A stretch of 63,442 nucleotides of DNA, the filler included, from Octopus bimaculoides (taxonomy: Eukaryota), in NCBI RefSeq assembly GCF_001194135.2. It is 5 parts of 5 records of this genome, joined end to end, with 100 filler letters (N's around TTAATTAATTAA, not from the genome) between each part and the next. Parts side by side here need not be neighbours in the genome. Positions count along the whole stretch, not along the records: positions 49,397 to 63,442 come from NC_068996.1; 4 more parts are not named here. One strand, given 5' to 3'. The notes beneath the pieces were generated by a model. It was given only the letters and a program-made list of their open reading frames with translations, was not told the DNA's origin and did not search any database. The position numbers were made by a program, and so were the translations under genes. Below are positions 50,299 through 61,410 of the stretch, piece after piece. Position 1 is the stretch's first letter. The number at the start of each line of letters is the position of its first letter.

Positions 50299-50963
50299 AA
50301 GACACACACACAATGACATACAAACAAACACACACATACACACACACACACACACACAAATCTTAATAGATACACAGACACACTCGCCAAACCTTTGATG
50401 TAAGCAAAGAGACGCAAACGAACGCACAAGCAGACATGCGTGTGCATACACAGGCAGACACAGATGGATATCAAACCCTTCAGACGAGCACAAGATCATA
50501 TAGTTTCAATAAGCACACATTCATACACAGGTAGGTACCTAACAACCACAATAAGCACACGTTCGTAAAGAGATAGACACCTAACAGCCACAACCGTTAT
50601 GATTCGTATTTAAAAAGTGGGTTGCTTCTTTATTTTCTTAAAAATCAATCAATGATTATGGAAAATTGAATCTTACATTACATTACCTGAAGAGCCATGT
50701 TATGGGGAAACTAGTAACTTTAAGACAAAGTGCAATAGTTAGTTATTAATAGAATTTTTTTTTTTTTGTACTCTGTAAAATCATAGAATTCGTTTTTACA
50801 CCTAATCCCTGCATGTATGTAGGTGTATGAAGTATATATACATAAACATATATATGTATATAAAGATATATATACTTAGGCATATATAGAGAGAGAGTGA
50901 AAAAAAGAGGGAGAGGACGATATAGGAATATATTTACACATATATACATATATATATGTATAC

Positions 50964-51029
<66 letters not shown>

Positions 51030-52102
51030 TTTTGGGTGGGGTCTATCCATGAGTCGTCCCTATTTTTTTTACATATCTAAGACCTATAAACTGGATGTAG
51101 CGATTTCAGGTCTCCAACAGCAAAAGACCCAACCTATACTTTTCCTTCCAGCCATATCCGATTATTATTAATTCGTTTCTCCTCTTTTGAGAGATTCTTC
51201 AACATGAAACTAAACGGTAACATAAATTAGTTGTCATAAGACGATATTTATAATATTTTCACCAGTTAGTATCTTCTTATTGTATTCCTCTATACGACTC
51301 CCATTCAAAGATGATCCAAACTAATCGTTTTGCTTTTGTTTTGTATTTTCTTCACATGCTACTTTTAGAGGTTACAATTACTGTAAAATGTTGCGAAAAT
51401 GGTGTTACCATTATCATGAAAATTATTGTAGACGCTTCTGTTTTATGTTTGCGTATCATAGTAAAAAATAAGATAGTTCTTCTTATTGGACTTTGTGTGC
51501 CCGCTAAGTGTTTATACAACTTCCATATTTTGACGGGTTATAGTAAAAGAAATTAAATGAACAATTATAATAATGGCTGTGCACTTCGTGAAATGAAATA
51601 GAAACGTGTTTACTAATTGTTGAGTGTAGTCAAAATACTTCAGAATAAAGTCTGTAAAGTTACATTGCTTTTGAAACAGAAGAGTTCTAAATACTTAATA
51701 TCAGAATGGTACTAGCTGAAATTGTATTGATTTTGGATGGGGTTGGATATACATATTGATAGTTAGAAATGGGAAATAACAATAGCCATCTTATTTTTTT
51801 CTCAGGTATATAAAAGCACTTCTAGCAGCGCTTTTCATGCTTTGCTTTTACTTTATGTTCCTCCTTTTTCCTTTCATTCTTTTCTTCTTTCTTCTTTTTT
51901 TGTTAAATCTTGAACTATCTCCTCCCAGTTTATGTATTAACTCTTGAGTGACCGCTAATTTTCTTCTCAAAATAACCGGTCGTTTAGTGTTTGAGAATTT
52001 AGAATTTTGATTTTGTCAGCGTCGACGTTTATATTCATTCCACTGCAATCCTAAATCCCAAATGTTTCTGTTTTGTTTTGATTTGTTTTTATTATTATGC
52101 AG

Positions 52103-52135
52103 GTTGACATGATATCAGATGGATTCTACAATGAG
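52103..52135 (+). CDS. Candidate 33-nt symmetric micro-exon (VDMISDGFYNE), host gene unknown
   Basis: Long T-rich tract and tgcag acceptor; GAG|gtaaga donor. Only frame 0 is open; the flanks look non-repetitive. Confidence 0.4.
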
Positions 52136-53768
52136 GTAAGAAGAGATCCAAATAAAAGGCTCTAAAATTAGACAAAATGTTGAAATAATGCAAAAATGAA
52201 ATACAAAAGTGAACTATAAAAATGCAGACAGAACAACAGTTGAAGATTTATCTTGTATTTGTTAAATATTTAGGAGTTAAGATACCTTCGTAGGACACTT
52301 TTATATTTCACTTCGCATTCTTTCAGTCATAACAAAATTTATCTTATTTAATATCACACAATACTTCAGCCAAGAAACTCTGTAAAAGTGTATCGAATAT
52401 CTCTGGATAATTAGTTCCCATGGGACATATTATTTGGTAGTTCAGTTCAACTGTATTCTTTGCGGACCAGTTTAATTGTTCCAAGTGCAGAGATTAAGTT
52501 CTCCGTCAACAGAATAGAGTCCACGTATGGGTTTTTCTTTTCCCTTTTTTTCTTTTTCTTTTTCTTTTATATATATATATATATTTGCGTTCATAACCGC
52601 TTCATTTACTTCTCTAAATCCTAACATCCATGTGAAATATGCCAGCATTCCAGCGTCGTATATATTCTCCTGTTCATATATCTAAACTCCGAGAGTTCAG
52701 AACTAATTAGGAATTCATTATGAAACAGTGTTGCCGGTACACATTTATTGATATCTTTGAAGAGTTCACGGCGNNNNNNNNNNNNNNNNNNNNNNNNNNN
52801 NNNNNNNNNNNNNNNNNNNNNNNNNNNNNNNNNNNNNNNNNNNNNNNNNNNNNNNNNNNNNNNNNNNNNNNNNNNNNNNNNNNNNNNNNNNNNNNNNNNN
52901 NNNNNNNNNNNNNNNNNNNNNNNNNNNNNNNNNNNNNNNNNNNNNNNNNNNNNNNNNNNNNNNNNNNNNNNNNNNNNNNNNNNNNNNNNNNNNNNNNNNN
53001 NNNNNNNNNNNNNNNNNNNNNNNNNNNNNNNNNNNNNNNNNNNNNNNNNNNNNNNNNNNNNNNNNNNNNNNNNNNNNNNNNNNNNNNNNNNNNNNNNNNN
53101 NNNNNNNNNNNNNNNNNNNNNNNNNNNNNNNNNNNNNNNNNNNNNNNNNNNNNNNNNNNNNNNNNNNNNNNNNNNNNNNNNNNNNNNNNNNNNNNNNNNN
53201 NNNNNNNNNNNNNNNNNNNNNNNNNNNNNNNNNNNNNNNNNNNNNNNNNNNNNNNNNNNNNNNNNNNNNNNNNNNNNNNNNNNNNNNNNNNNNNNNNNNN
53301 NNNNNNNNNNNNNNNNNNNNNNNNNNNNNNNNNNNNNNNNNNNNNNNNNNNNNNNNNNNNNNNNNNNNNNNNNNNNNNNNNNNNNNNNNNNNNNNNNNNN
53401 NNNNNNNNNNNNNNNNNNNNNNNNNNNNNNNNNNNNNNNNNNNNNNNNNNNNNNNNNNNNNNNNNNNNNNNNNNNNNNNNNNNNNNNNNNNNNNNNNNNN
53501 NNNNNNNNNNNNNNNNNNNNNNNNNNNNNNNNNNNNNNNNNNNNNNNNNNNNNNNNNNNNNNNNNNNNNNNNNNNNNNNNNNNNNNNNNNNNNNNNNNNN
53601 NNNNNNNNNNNNNNNNNNNNNNNNNNNNNNNNNNNNNNNNNNNNNNNNNNNNNNNNNNNNNNNNNNNNNNNNNNNNNNNNNNNNNNNNNNNNNNNNNNNN
53701 NNNNNNNNNNNNNNNNNNNNNNNNNNNNNNNNNNNNNNNNNNNNNNNNNNNNNNNNNNNNNNNNNNNN

Positions 53769-53805
<37 letters not shown>

Positions 53806-54293
53806 AGAAATGAAAGTGGTCAGTCAATCGGTTTGAATAGGGGAGCACAGATCTAATCTTAAACGCAGGCCGAAATGAGGAAACACAAATGCATCTTGTT
53901 CTTTATTCTATACACTACGTCGTCCAGATAAGTTACATGCATACGATTATTTGCCAAATCTTGAACGACTAACTACATCAACATAACAGAAATAGAAGAT
54001 ATAAAATATAGGCTGATATTTTGAGACAAATTATATATTCATAATAAACGATTCCACCAACCGTTCAACCTAGATTTGGGAGGCTCTTTAGATGAAGACT
54101 GCAGCATATTTTTACCTTTTGCTAGTAGGTTGTCATAAACACGTGTGTGATAGAGATTGATATTGTAATGCGGGTTTACACACATGTGCGCGCGCATGCA
54201 CACACTCACATGTATGACTAAATTTCTATTCGATTTTAAACGGAGATATTTAAACATCTCAATACTCTCTCCTTTCTCTTTCCCTCTTTCGCC

Positions 54294-54342
<49 letters not shown>

Positions 54343-55159
54343 NNNNNNNNNNNNNNNNNNNNNNNNNNNNNNNNNNNNNNNNNNNNNNNNNNNNNNNNNN
54401 NNNNNNNNNNNNNNNNNNNNNNNNNNNNNNNNNNNNNNNNNNNNNNNNNNNNNNNNNNNNNNNNNNNNNNNNNNNNNNNNNNNNNNNNNNNNNNNNNNNN
54501 NNNNNNNNNNNNNNNNNNNNNNNNNNNNNNNNNNNNNNNNNNNNNNNNNNNNNNNNNNNNNNNNNNNNNNNNNNNNNNNNNNNNNNNNNNNNNNNNNNNN
54601 NNNNNNNNNNNNNNNNNNNNNNNNNNNNNNNNNNNNNNNNNNNNNNNNNNNNNNNNNNNNNNNNNNNNNNNNNNNNNNNNNNNNNNNNNNNNNNNNNNNN
54701 NNNNNNNNNNNNNNNNNNNNNNNNNNNNNNNNNNNNNNNNNNNNNNNNNNNNNNNNNNNNNNNNNNNNNNNNNNNNNNNNNNNNNNNNNNNNNNNNNNNN
54801 NNNNNNNNNNNNNNNNNNNNNNNNNNNNNNNNNNNNNNNNNNNNNNNNNNNNNNNNNNNNNNNNNNNNNNNNNNNNNNNNNNNNNNNNNNNNNNNNNNNN
54901 NNNNNNNNNNNNNNNNNNNNNNNNNNNNNNNNNNNNNNNNNNNNNNNNNNNNNNNNNNNNNNNNNNNNNNNNNNNNNNNNNNNNNNNNNNNNNNNNNNNN
55001 NNNNNNNNNNNATATATATATATATATATATATATATATACTACTTTTTCGCTCATTTCGATGAAGGTGTTTGATGAACACTGTACAAGATGTTTCAACA
55101 TTATATGTGTATATGTGTATATCTGTATGTATTATGCACGTGTTTGTGTGAATGTGGAT

Positions 55160-55655
55160 TGAAACGTTAAAAGGCTGACTAGTTGACTTTGAAGAAGTAA
55201 TGCTAAAGCTGTGAAATCATGCATGCATTGATTTCAACTCTTCTTATAGAGAACTACATTCTTTCTTTTCAAGTAAGCTGACATTTGACTCTTCAAAGAA
55301 TTCAAAAGTACCTTGTAGCGACTTCTCTTGAAAATGGACAAAATTTGGCATCGTGGTGTTATCAAGTACCTACAGATAAAAACTTTAACCACCAACGACA
55401 TTTATGCAATGATTGCTCCATAAGAGGATGACACTTCCGCTTCATTAACAGTGAAAAAGTGGACAACTGAATTTCGGAGGGTAAGAGAGAGTCTTAAAGA
55501 TGACCCAAGGTCTGAATGTTTTGCAACTGCCACCATCAAGGAAAACATTCGTTGTGTTCAGCACAAGGTAATGGATGACTGGCGATTGACTATAAATCAA
55601 ATAGCCAATGCTATTAGCGTATCCCGTGAGAGATTTGAGAATATTCTGTACAAAA
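55160..55655 (+). mobile_element. Mariner (irritans-like) 5' half
   Basis: Degenerate TIR ttgaaacgttaaaaggctgactag. MDKIWHRGVIKYL..VKKWTTEFRRVRESLKDDPRS..VMDDWRLTINQIANAISVSRERFENIL. Confidence 0.88.
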
Positions 55656-56154
55656 TGAATCAGACCAGTCTTAGCATTCTTTTTCCAAAATTTGTTCAAA
55701 TCTTCGGTAACATGCTTCGAAGATGACTCCTTCTTCGGGGTCACATTTAAATTCATTTATTGAATTCACTATATGGTCTGGCAAAAACGTATTTTCAGGT
55801 TTTGTTACCAACTTCATTAGTTGTGGCATCTGTTGCTGTAACATTTGTTGTAGTTCTTATTGTTCTTTGAGTTGTTGTTGTTGTTGCTGCTGCTGTTTTG
55901 CAACTCAAGTAAACCTGCTAACAAGTTTGCCATGATTTTACAGATTTTTCCTTAAACGTCAAGTTGTTAATTTCTCCACGTGAATTTTTTTTTAATTCCT
56001 CCGCTTGAAATTGTTTTTTTAACGTCGTCCACGTGAATTGTTTATATCCTCATCGCCACTGTTACGAGTGGTGTTTTCCACATCTATATGTGCAGCCACT
56101 GTTGAGACTGTCGCTGTTGCATCTACTCTAGTTGCCACGATATTAACTGAAACA
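55656..56154 (-). mobile_element. Ty3/gypsy (Mag-like) 5' fragment: LTR end, PBS and gag start
   Basis: Minus strand ..ctcgtaaCA-g-TGGCGATGAGGAT (PBS 56058-56046). From ATG 55933: MANLLAGLLEL/Q-rich..HIVNSINEFKCDPEEGVIFEACYRRFEQILEKEC*DWSDS. Confidence 0.75.
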
Positions 56155-56183
56155 AGTAAAAGAAAAAAACAGAAAAAAAAATA

Positions 56184-56214
<31 letters not shown>

Positions 56215-57024
56215 NNNNNNNNNNNNNNNNNNNNNNNNNNNNNNNNNNNNNNNNNNNNNNNNNNNNNNNNNNNNNNNNNNNNNNNNNNNNNNNNNNNNNN
56301 NNNNNNNNNNNNNNNNNNNNNNAAGCAAGCTTCTTACTACACAGTCACACCTGCGCTCATGAGTTCTCATTCTCATAAGCGCAGATTTGCTTTGATAAAT
56401 TACAACTTTTGTGACAAGCTACAGGCCGAAGATCCATTAGATTTGCCAGTTAGATTTCTATTTTTCTTGAAGACATTGCTGTAATTATTTTGTCTGCTCA
56501 TTCGCATTAGAAATTTAACAAACTAGAAATTTAACTCGGGAATGCTATCTTCTCGTGAGATTGTTGTTCGATGGAGTGTCTCCACTTAGTACTCTCTGGA
56601 GGTGATTATACAGTCGAGTTTTCAAAATTAATATCAGAAGTGTATTCCTCCCGTACTTTTTCATTTTTTCTTTTTTGCTTTGTGGAGTTCTAACATTCTG
56701 ATAACCTTGACCAGACATATTGGCCAATACATTTCATAACCGTGGTTAAATATTTTGTAGTGCCAAGACAGGCTGAGTTAAACAGTGTACGGAGTCAGCG
56801 CTGCACTTCATACAACAAGCAGCATCTGCTCTTCGAAATAGAATTTTTTTGAAGATGAGAATGGACTGTTTTTTGTCGTTCTTCACAGCCACGGTTCTGG
56901 TAGTAATTCGGAAGCTGTGCCCATTATCTCTACTTAACAATGCTATAAGTAAAGGTGGATCTTTGGCATGCATATTTATTAGCGAAGGAAGAGAGATTTT
57001 TTATAATTATGCATAATTAATTTA

Positions 57025-57117
<93 letters not shown>

Positions 57118-57118
57118 C
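57025..57118. repeat. (GTA)n microsatellite
   Basis: Read directly. Confidence 0.95.
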
Positions 57119-57585
57119 TATGCGATTTTCGTAAAAGAAGGCCAAGCAGAACTACCAGAAACAAAATAACTGTAATATATTCATATACTCACATCTCTAA
57201 GAGAATAAATATAAATATATTAGCATAATAAATTAATCTACTTTGTTGAGAAGAGGCTAAATATTAAATAAGATCTTGTGATACACACACACACACGCAC
57301 ACACACACGCACATACATAAATATTACAATATTTTATTGATATATTAATATCAATTGCTCGATATTTTCTGACAGAATTAATTTACGTAAATATGTGTTC
57401 AGCTTAAACATATAATTAATCGAAAACAACATAAGCTATACGTACAGGTATAATAATCATCCGTATGAGACTTCTTCAGACACTGGAGTCTCAAATTTGA
57501 GTATGTTATACACGCAAAAATTATGAGTGCAGAAGGAAATATCTTACATCCATACATATATAATTTATAGAATGGTGTGGCGTGT

Positions 57586-57616
<31 letters not shown>

Positions 57617-57627
57617 AGTGTGTGCGC

Positions 57628-57667
<40 letters not shown>

Positions 57668-57677
57668 NNNNNNNNNN

Positions 57678-57711
<34 letters not shown>

Positions 57712-57853
57712 TATACATACACCCACACACAAATACTTATACATTGATGAAGAGATACAGAGAGATAGAAAGAGATTTGGAAGTAGAAACAGGAAAAGAA
57801 GACTTAAAACATGAGTAAATATACACACGCACGCACACGCTCGCGCGCGCGCG

Positions 57854-58617
57854 CGAGGGTCGGTTGAAAGCTCATAGACTTACCAAGATACTCTCATGGA
57901 ATGTGACCAAATGAGGGTTATTTTTCAACTTAGTCTCCCTCGTAATCCATAACTTCTATCAGAGTTGCAGAGCTTGAATCCCATTAGTGAAAAACCTTTC
58001 ATCCTGTTGTCATAAAAAATCCTCAACAGCAGACATCATGTCCTCATCACTGCGATATTGATTCCAAGTCGTGTATTTTTTTCATGTTAGGGAATAGATG
58101 ATAGATGGGGCTAAATCTAGAGGATATGGAAAGTAATCAACCAGTTCAATGCCACAGGCATGCGGAGCAGCCATTGAAACCAAGGGTTTGTGTACTGAAG
58201 CAATGACCCGATGAAACAAGACCCTCTTCGACAGTTATCCTGAGTTTGGTCCTGATTGCGTTTCGTAAATATCTCAGCAAGTTGGCATAGCATTCTCTAT
58301 TAATGGTATGGCTCTTTTGAAGACAGTCAATAAGCACAATGCCTTTTGCATCCAAAAAAATTGTGGCCATCACCTTCCCTGCAGATGAAACGACCTTAGC
58401 CTTCTTTGGAACAGGTGAAGCCGGGGTGATTTCGCTGCATGGATTGTCTCTTTGTCTCTGGCTCAAAGATAACATTAATCTTGGGTTACGAAACGTTCGA
58501 GGAAACCAGCTGGATCTTCCTGCAACAATGTCAGGTTTTCCCTTGACACGACCAGATACTAATAGCATTGACTATTTGGTTTATAGTCAATTGCCTGAAC
58601 TTTACAGCCCACCCTCG
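57854..58617 (-). mobile_element. Internally deleted irritans-like mariner retaining both TIRs
   Basis: Left cgagggtcggttgaaagctcatag; right end (reverse complement) tacgagggtgggctgtaaagttcagg. KKAKVVSSAGKVMATIFLDAKGIVLID, YPLDLAPS. Confidence 0.9.
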
Positions 58618-58627
58618 TATATATATA

Positions 58628-58794
58628 CATGACGGGCTTCTTCCAGTTTTCGCCTACCAAATCAACTCACAAGGTTTTGACTGGCCCCGTGCTACAGTAG
58701 AAGGCACTTGCCCAAGGTGTCACGGAGTGATACTAAACCAGGGACCACTTGGCTGGAAAACAAACTTCTTGCCACACAATCACATCTGCGCTTA
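58628..58794 (-). mobile_element. SINE family B, 5' half
   Basis: gacgggcttcttccagttttcgcctaccaaatcaactcacaagg..cacttgcccaagg..ctgcgctta. Confidence 0.9.
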
Positions 58795-59109
58795 TGTACT
58801 TATATTTATCAATCTGTAAACACACACACAAACACATACACATGTACGCACGCATACACACACACACACACACACACATACACACACACACAAATAAAGA
58901 AACAAACAAACAAACAAACAAACAAACAAACAAACAAATAATCAAACAAACACAATCGGGAGATAGGCAACAATTAAAATGAAAGAACTCAATGCAAGAA
59001 ATTTCTGGAATATCAGAATTACGAAGTTGAATGGAATCTAGAATGTGGATTTATTAAAAATTCTTTACATTTATAAACCTGTTTCGCCAGCAGAAACTAT
59101 TTACGCTTA

Positions 59110-59119
59110 CACACACGTT

Positions 59120-59151
<32 letters not shown>

Positions 59152-59448
59152 TGTATGTATGTATGTATGTATGCATGTATGTATGTATGCATGCATAATG
59201 CATGTATGTATGTATGTATTATGTATGTATGGATGGATGGATGGATGGATGTTCGTATGTATGTATGTATGTATGTATGTATGTACGCATGTATGTATGT
59301 GTGTATGTATTGTATGTATGTATGATGTATGTATACGTATGTATGTGTGTATGTATATGTATTAATGTATGTACGCATATATATGTGTGCACATACGTAT
59401 ATATGTATACATATATGTATGCATGTGTATATATGTATGTGTGTATGT

Positions 59449-59497
<49 letters not shown>
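59110..59497. repeat. Degenerate (ATGT)n / (GGAT)n / (AT)n array
   Basis: Read directly. Confidence 0.95.
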
Positions 59498-60682
59498 NNN
59501 NNNNNNNNNNNNNNNNNNNNNNNNNNNNNNNNNNNNNNNNNNNNNNNNNNNNNNNNNNNNNNNNNNNNNNNNNNNNNNNNNNNNNNNNNNNNNNNNNNNN
59601 NNNNNNNNNNNNNNNNNNNNNNNNNNNNNNNNNNNNNNNNNNNNNNNNNNNNNNNNNNNNNNNNNNNNNNNNNNNNNNNNNNNNNNNNNNNNNNNNNNNN
59701 NNNNNNNNNNNNNNNNNNNNNNNNNNNNNNNNNNNNNNNNNNNNNNNNNNNNNNNNNNNNNNNNNNNNNNNNNNNNNNNNNNNNNNNNNNNNNNNNNNNN
59801 NNNNNNNNNNNNNNNNNNNNNNNNNNNNNNNNNNNNNNNNNNNNNNNNNNNNNNNNNNNNNNNNNNNNNNNNNNNNNNNNNNNNNNNNNNNNNNNNNNNN
59901 NNNNNNNNNNNNNNNNNNNNNNNNNNNNNNNNNNNNNNNNNNNNNNNNNNNNNNNNNNNNNNNNNNNNNNNNNNNNNNNNNNNNNNNNNNNNNNNNNNNN
60001 NNNNNNNNNNNNNNNNNNNNNNNNNNNNNNNNNNNNNNNNNNNNNNNNNNNNNNNNNNNNNNNNNNNNNNNNNNNNNNNNNNNNNNNNNNNNNNNNNNNN
60101 NNNNNNNNNNNNNNNNNNNNNNNNNNNNNNNNNNNNNNNNNNNNNNNNNNNNNNNNNNNNNNNNNNNNNNNNNNNNNNNNNNNNNNNNNNNNNNNNNNNN
60201 NNNNNNNNNNNNNNNNNNNNNNNNNNNNNNNNNNNNNNNNNNNNNNNNNNNNNNNNNNNNNNNNNNNNNNNNNNNNNNNNNNNNNNNNNNNNNNNNNNNN
60301 NNNNNNNNNNNNNNNNNNNNNNNNNNNNNNNNNNNNNNNNNNNNNNNNNNNNNNNNNNNNNNNNNNNNNNNNNNNNNNNNNNNNNNNNNNNNNNNNNNNN
60401 NNNNNNNNNNNNNNNNNNNNNNNNNNNNNNNNNNNNNNNNNNNNNNNNNNNNNNNNNNNNNNNNNNNNNNNNNNNNNNNGGACCTTGCTTCTGATAGTGC
60501 GTGCTAGCTGACCCGTAAAATGCATACGAGCAGAAAACGATTTATTAAAATATTGTTTGAAAATGCTGAGAATTATATCAAAGTTCTTTACTAAATCTCT
60601 GACTATTACTCAAATTCCATCAAATTAACTCTTTATTAGAGTCATGTGTTTGAAAAAGAAATTGAAATGGTCAGTTAACATT

Positions 60683-61158
60683 GTGGCTGTGTACTTAACA
60701 ACGAGTTAGTTCCACATACATGTGATTTCGGGTTCAATCCCGACTATGCGGCACCTTAGGCACACACTTTATAATTCCGGGCCGACCAATACCTTGTGAG
60801 TGAGTTTGGTAGATGGCGGTTGTGTGCATTTGTGTATGTATGCCTGTGTATATATAAGTGTACATGTGTACTTACGTGTTTATGCATGAATACAAGTGCA
60901 CGTGTGTGTGTATGTGTGTGTGTGTGTGCGCGCGCGCGCGTGTGTGCGTGTGTGTGTGTGTGCGTGTGTGTGTGTGTCTTGTGTGTGTGTGTGTGTGTAA
61001 CTTAGCGGTTTGGCAAAAGAGACAGCTGTGATATTTAAGCATCAGACTTAAAAGAAGAAGTAACAAGAATTGGTGTGCCCGACTAAACATGTCAAAGCGA
61101 TGCTCCAGCGTAGCCACAGTTTAATGACTGAAACAAACAAAAGAATAAAAGAATAAAA
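60683..61158 (+). mobile_element. Full-length SINE family B with expanded internal (GT)n
   Basis: gtggctgtg head, gggttcaatccc B box, cttgtgagtgagtttggtaga, (GT)n, gtaacttagcgg, aaaagaataaaag tail. Confidence 0.88.
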
Positions 61159-61204
61159 TAATATGCTAAATATGTTTTTCCTCTGTGAGTAAGTTTAAGA
61201 TAAA

Positions 61205-61410
61205 GAATAGTAAAAATCCTTTCTACCAAAAGCACAAGGCCTGAAATTTGGGGGGAATGGACTAGTCGATTACATCGACCCCAATGTTCACTGGTACTTA
61301 ATTTATCAAACCCGAAAGAGTGAAAGGCAGAGTTGACCTCGGCGGAATTTGAATAAGAGCGTAAAGACGGACGAAATGCTGAACAGCATTTCGTCCGGCG
61401 TGCTAACGCG
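61205..61410 (-). mobile_element. SINE family A truncating the Penelope-like element
   Basis: ccgaaagagtgaaaggcagagttgacctcggcggaatttgaa..cggcgtgctaacg. Confidence 0.9.

Noticed and set aside
55160-58617. Idea that the mariner 5' half (+) and 3' half (-) are one element split by a 2.9-kb inversion
   Set aside because: The 57854-58617 copy has its own 5' TIR and repeats the LTINQI.NAIS segment already in the 55160 copy, so they are independent copies.
1354-60525. Long ORFs containing X runs or YI/HT/CV/YVCM repeats
   Set aside because: They are N gaps and di- or tetranucleotide microsatellites read without stops, not genes.
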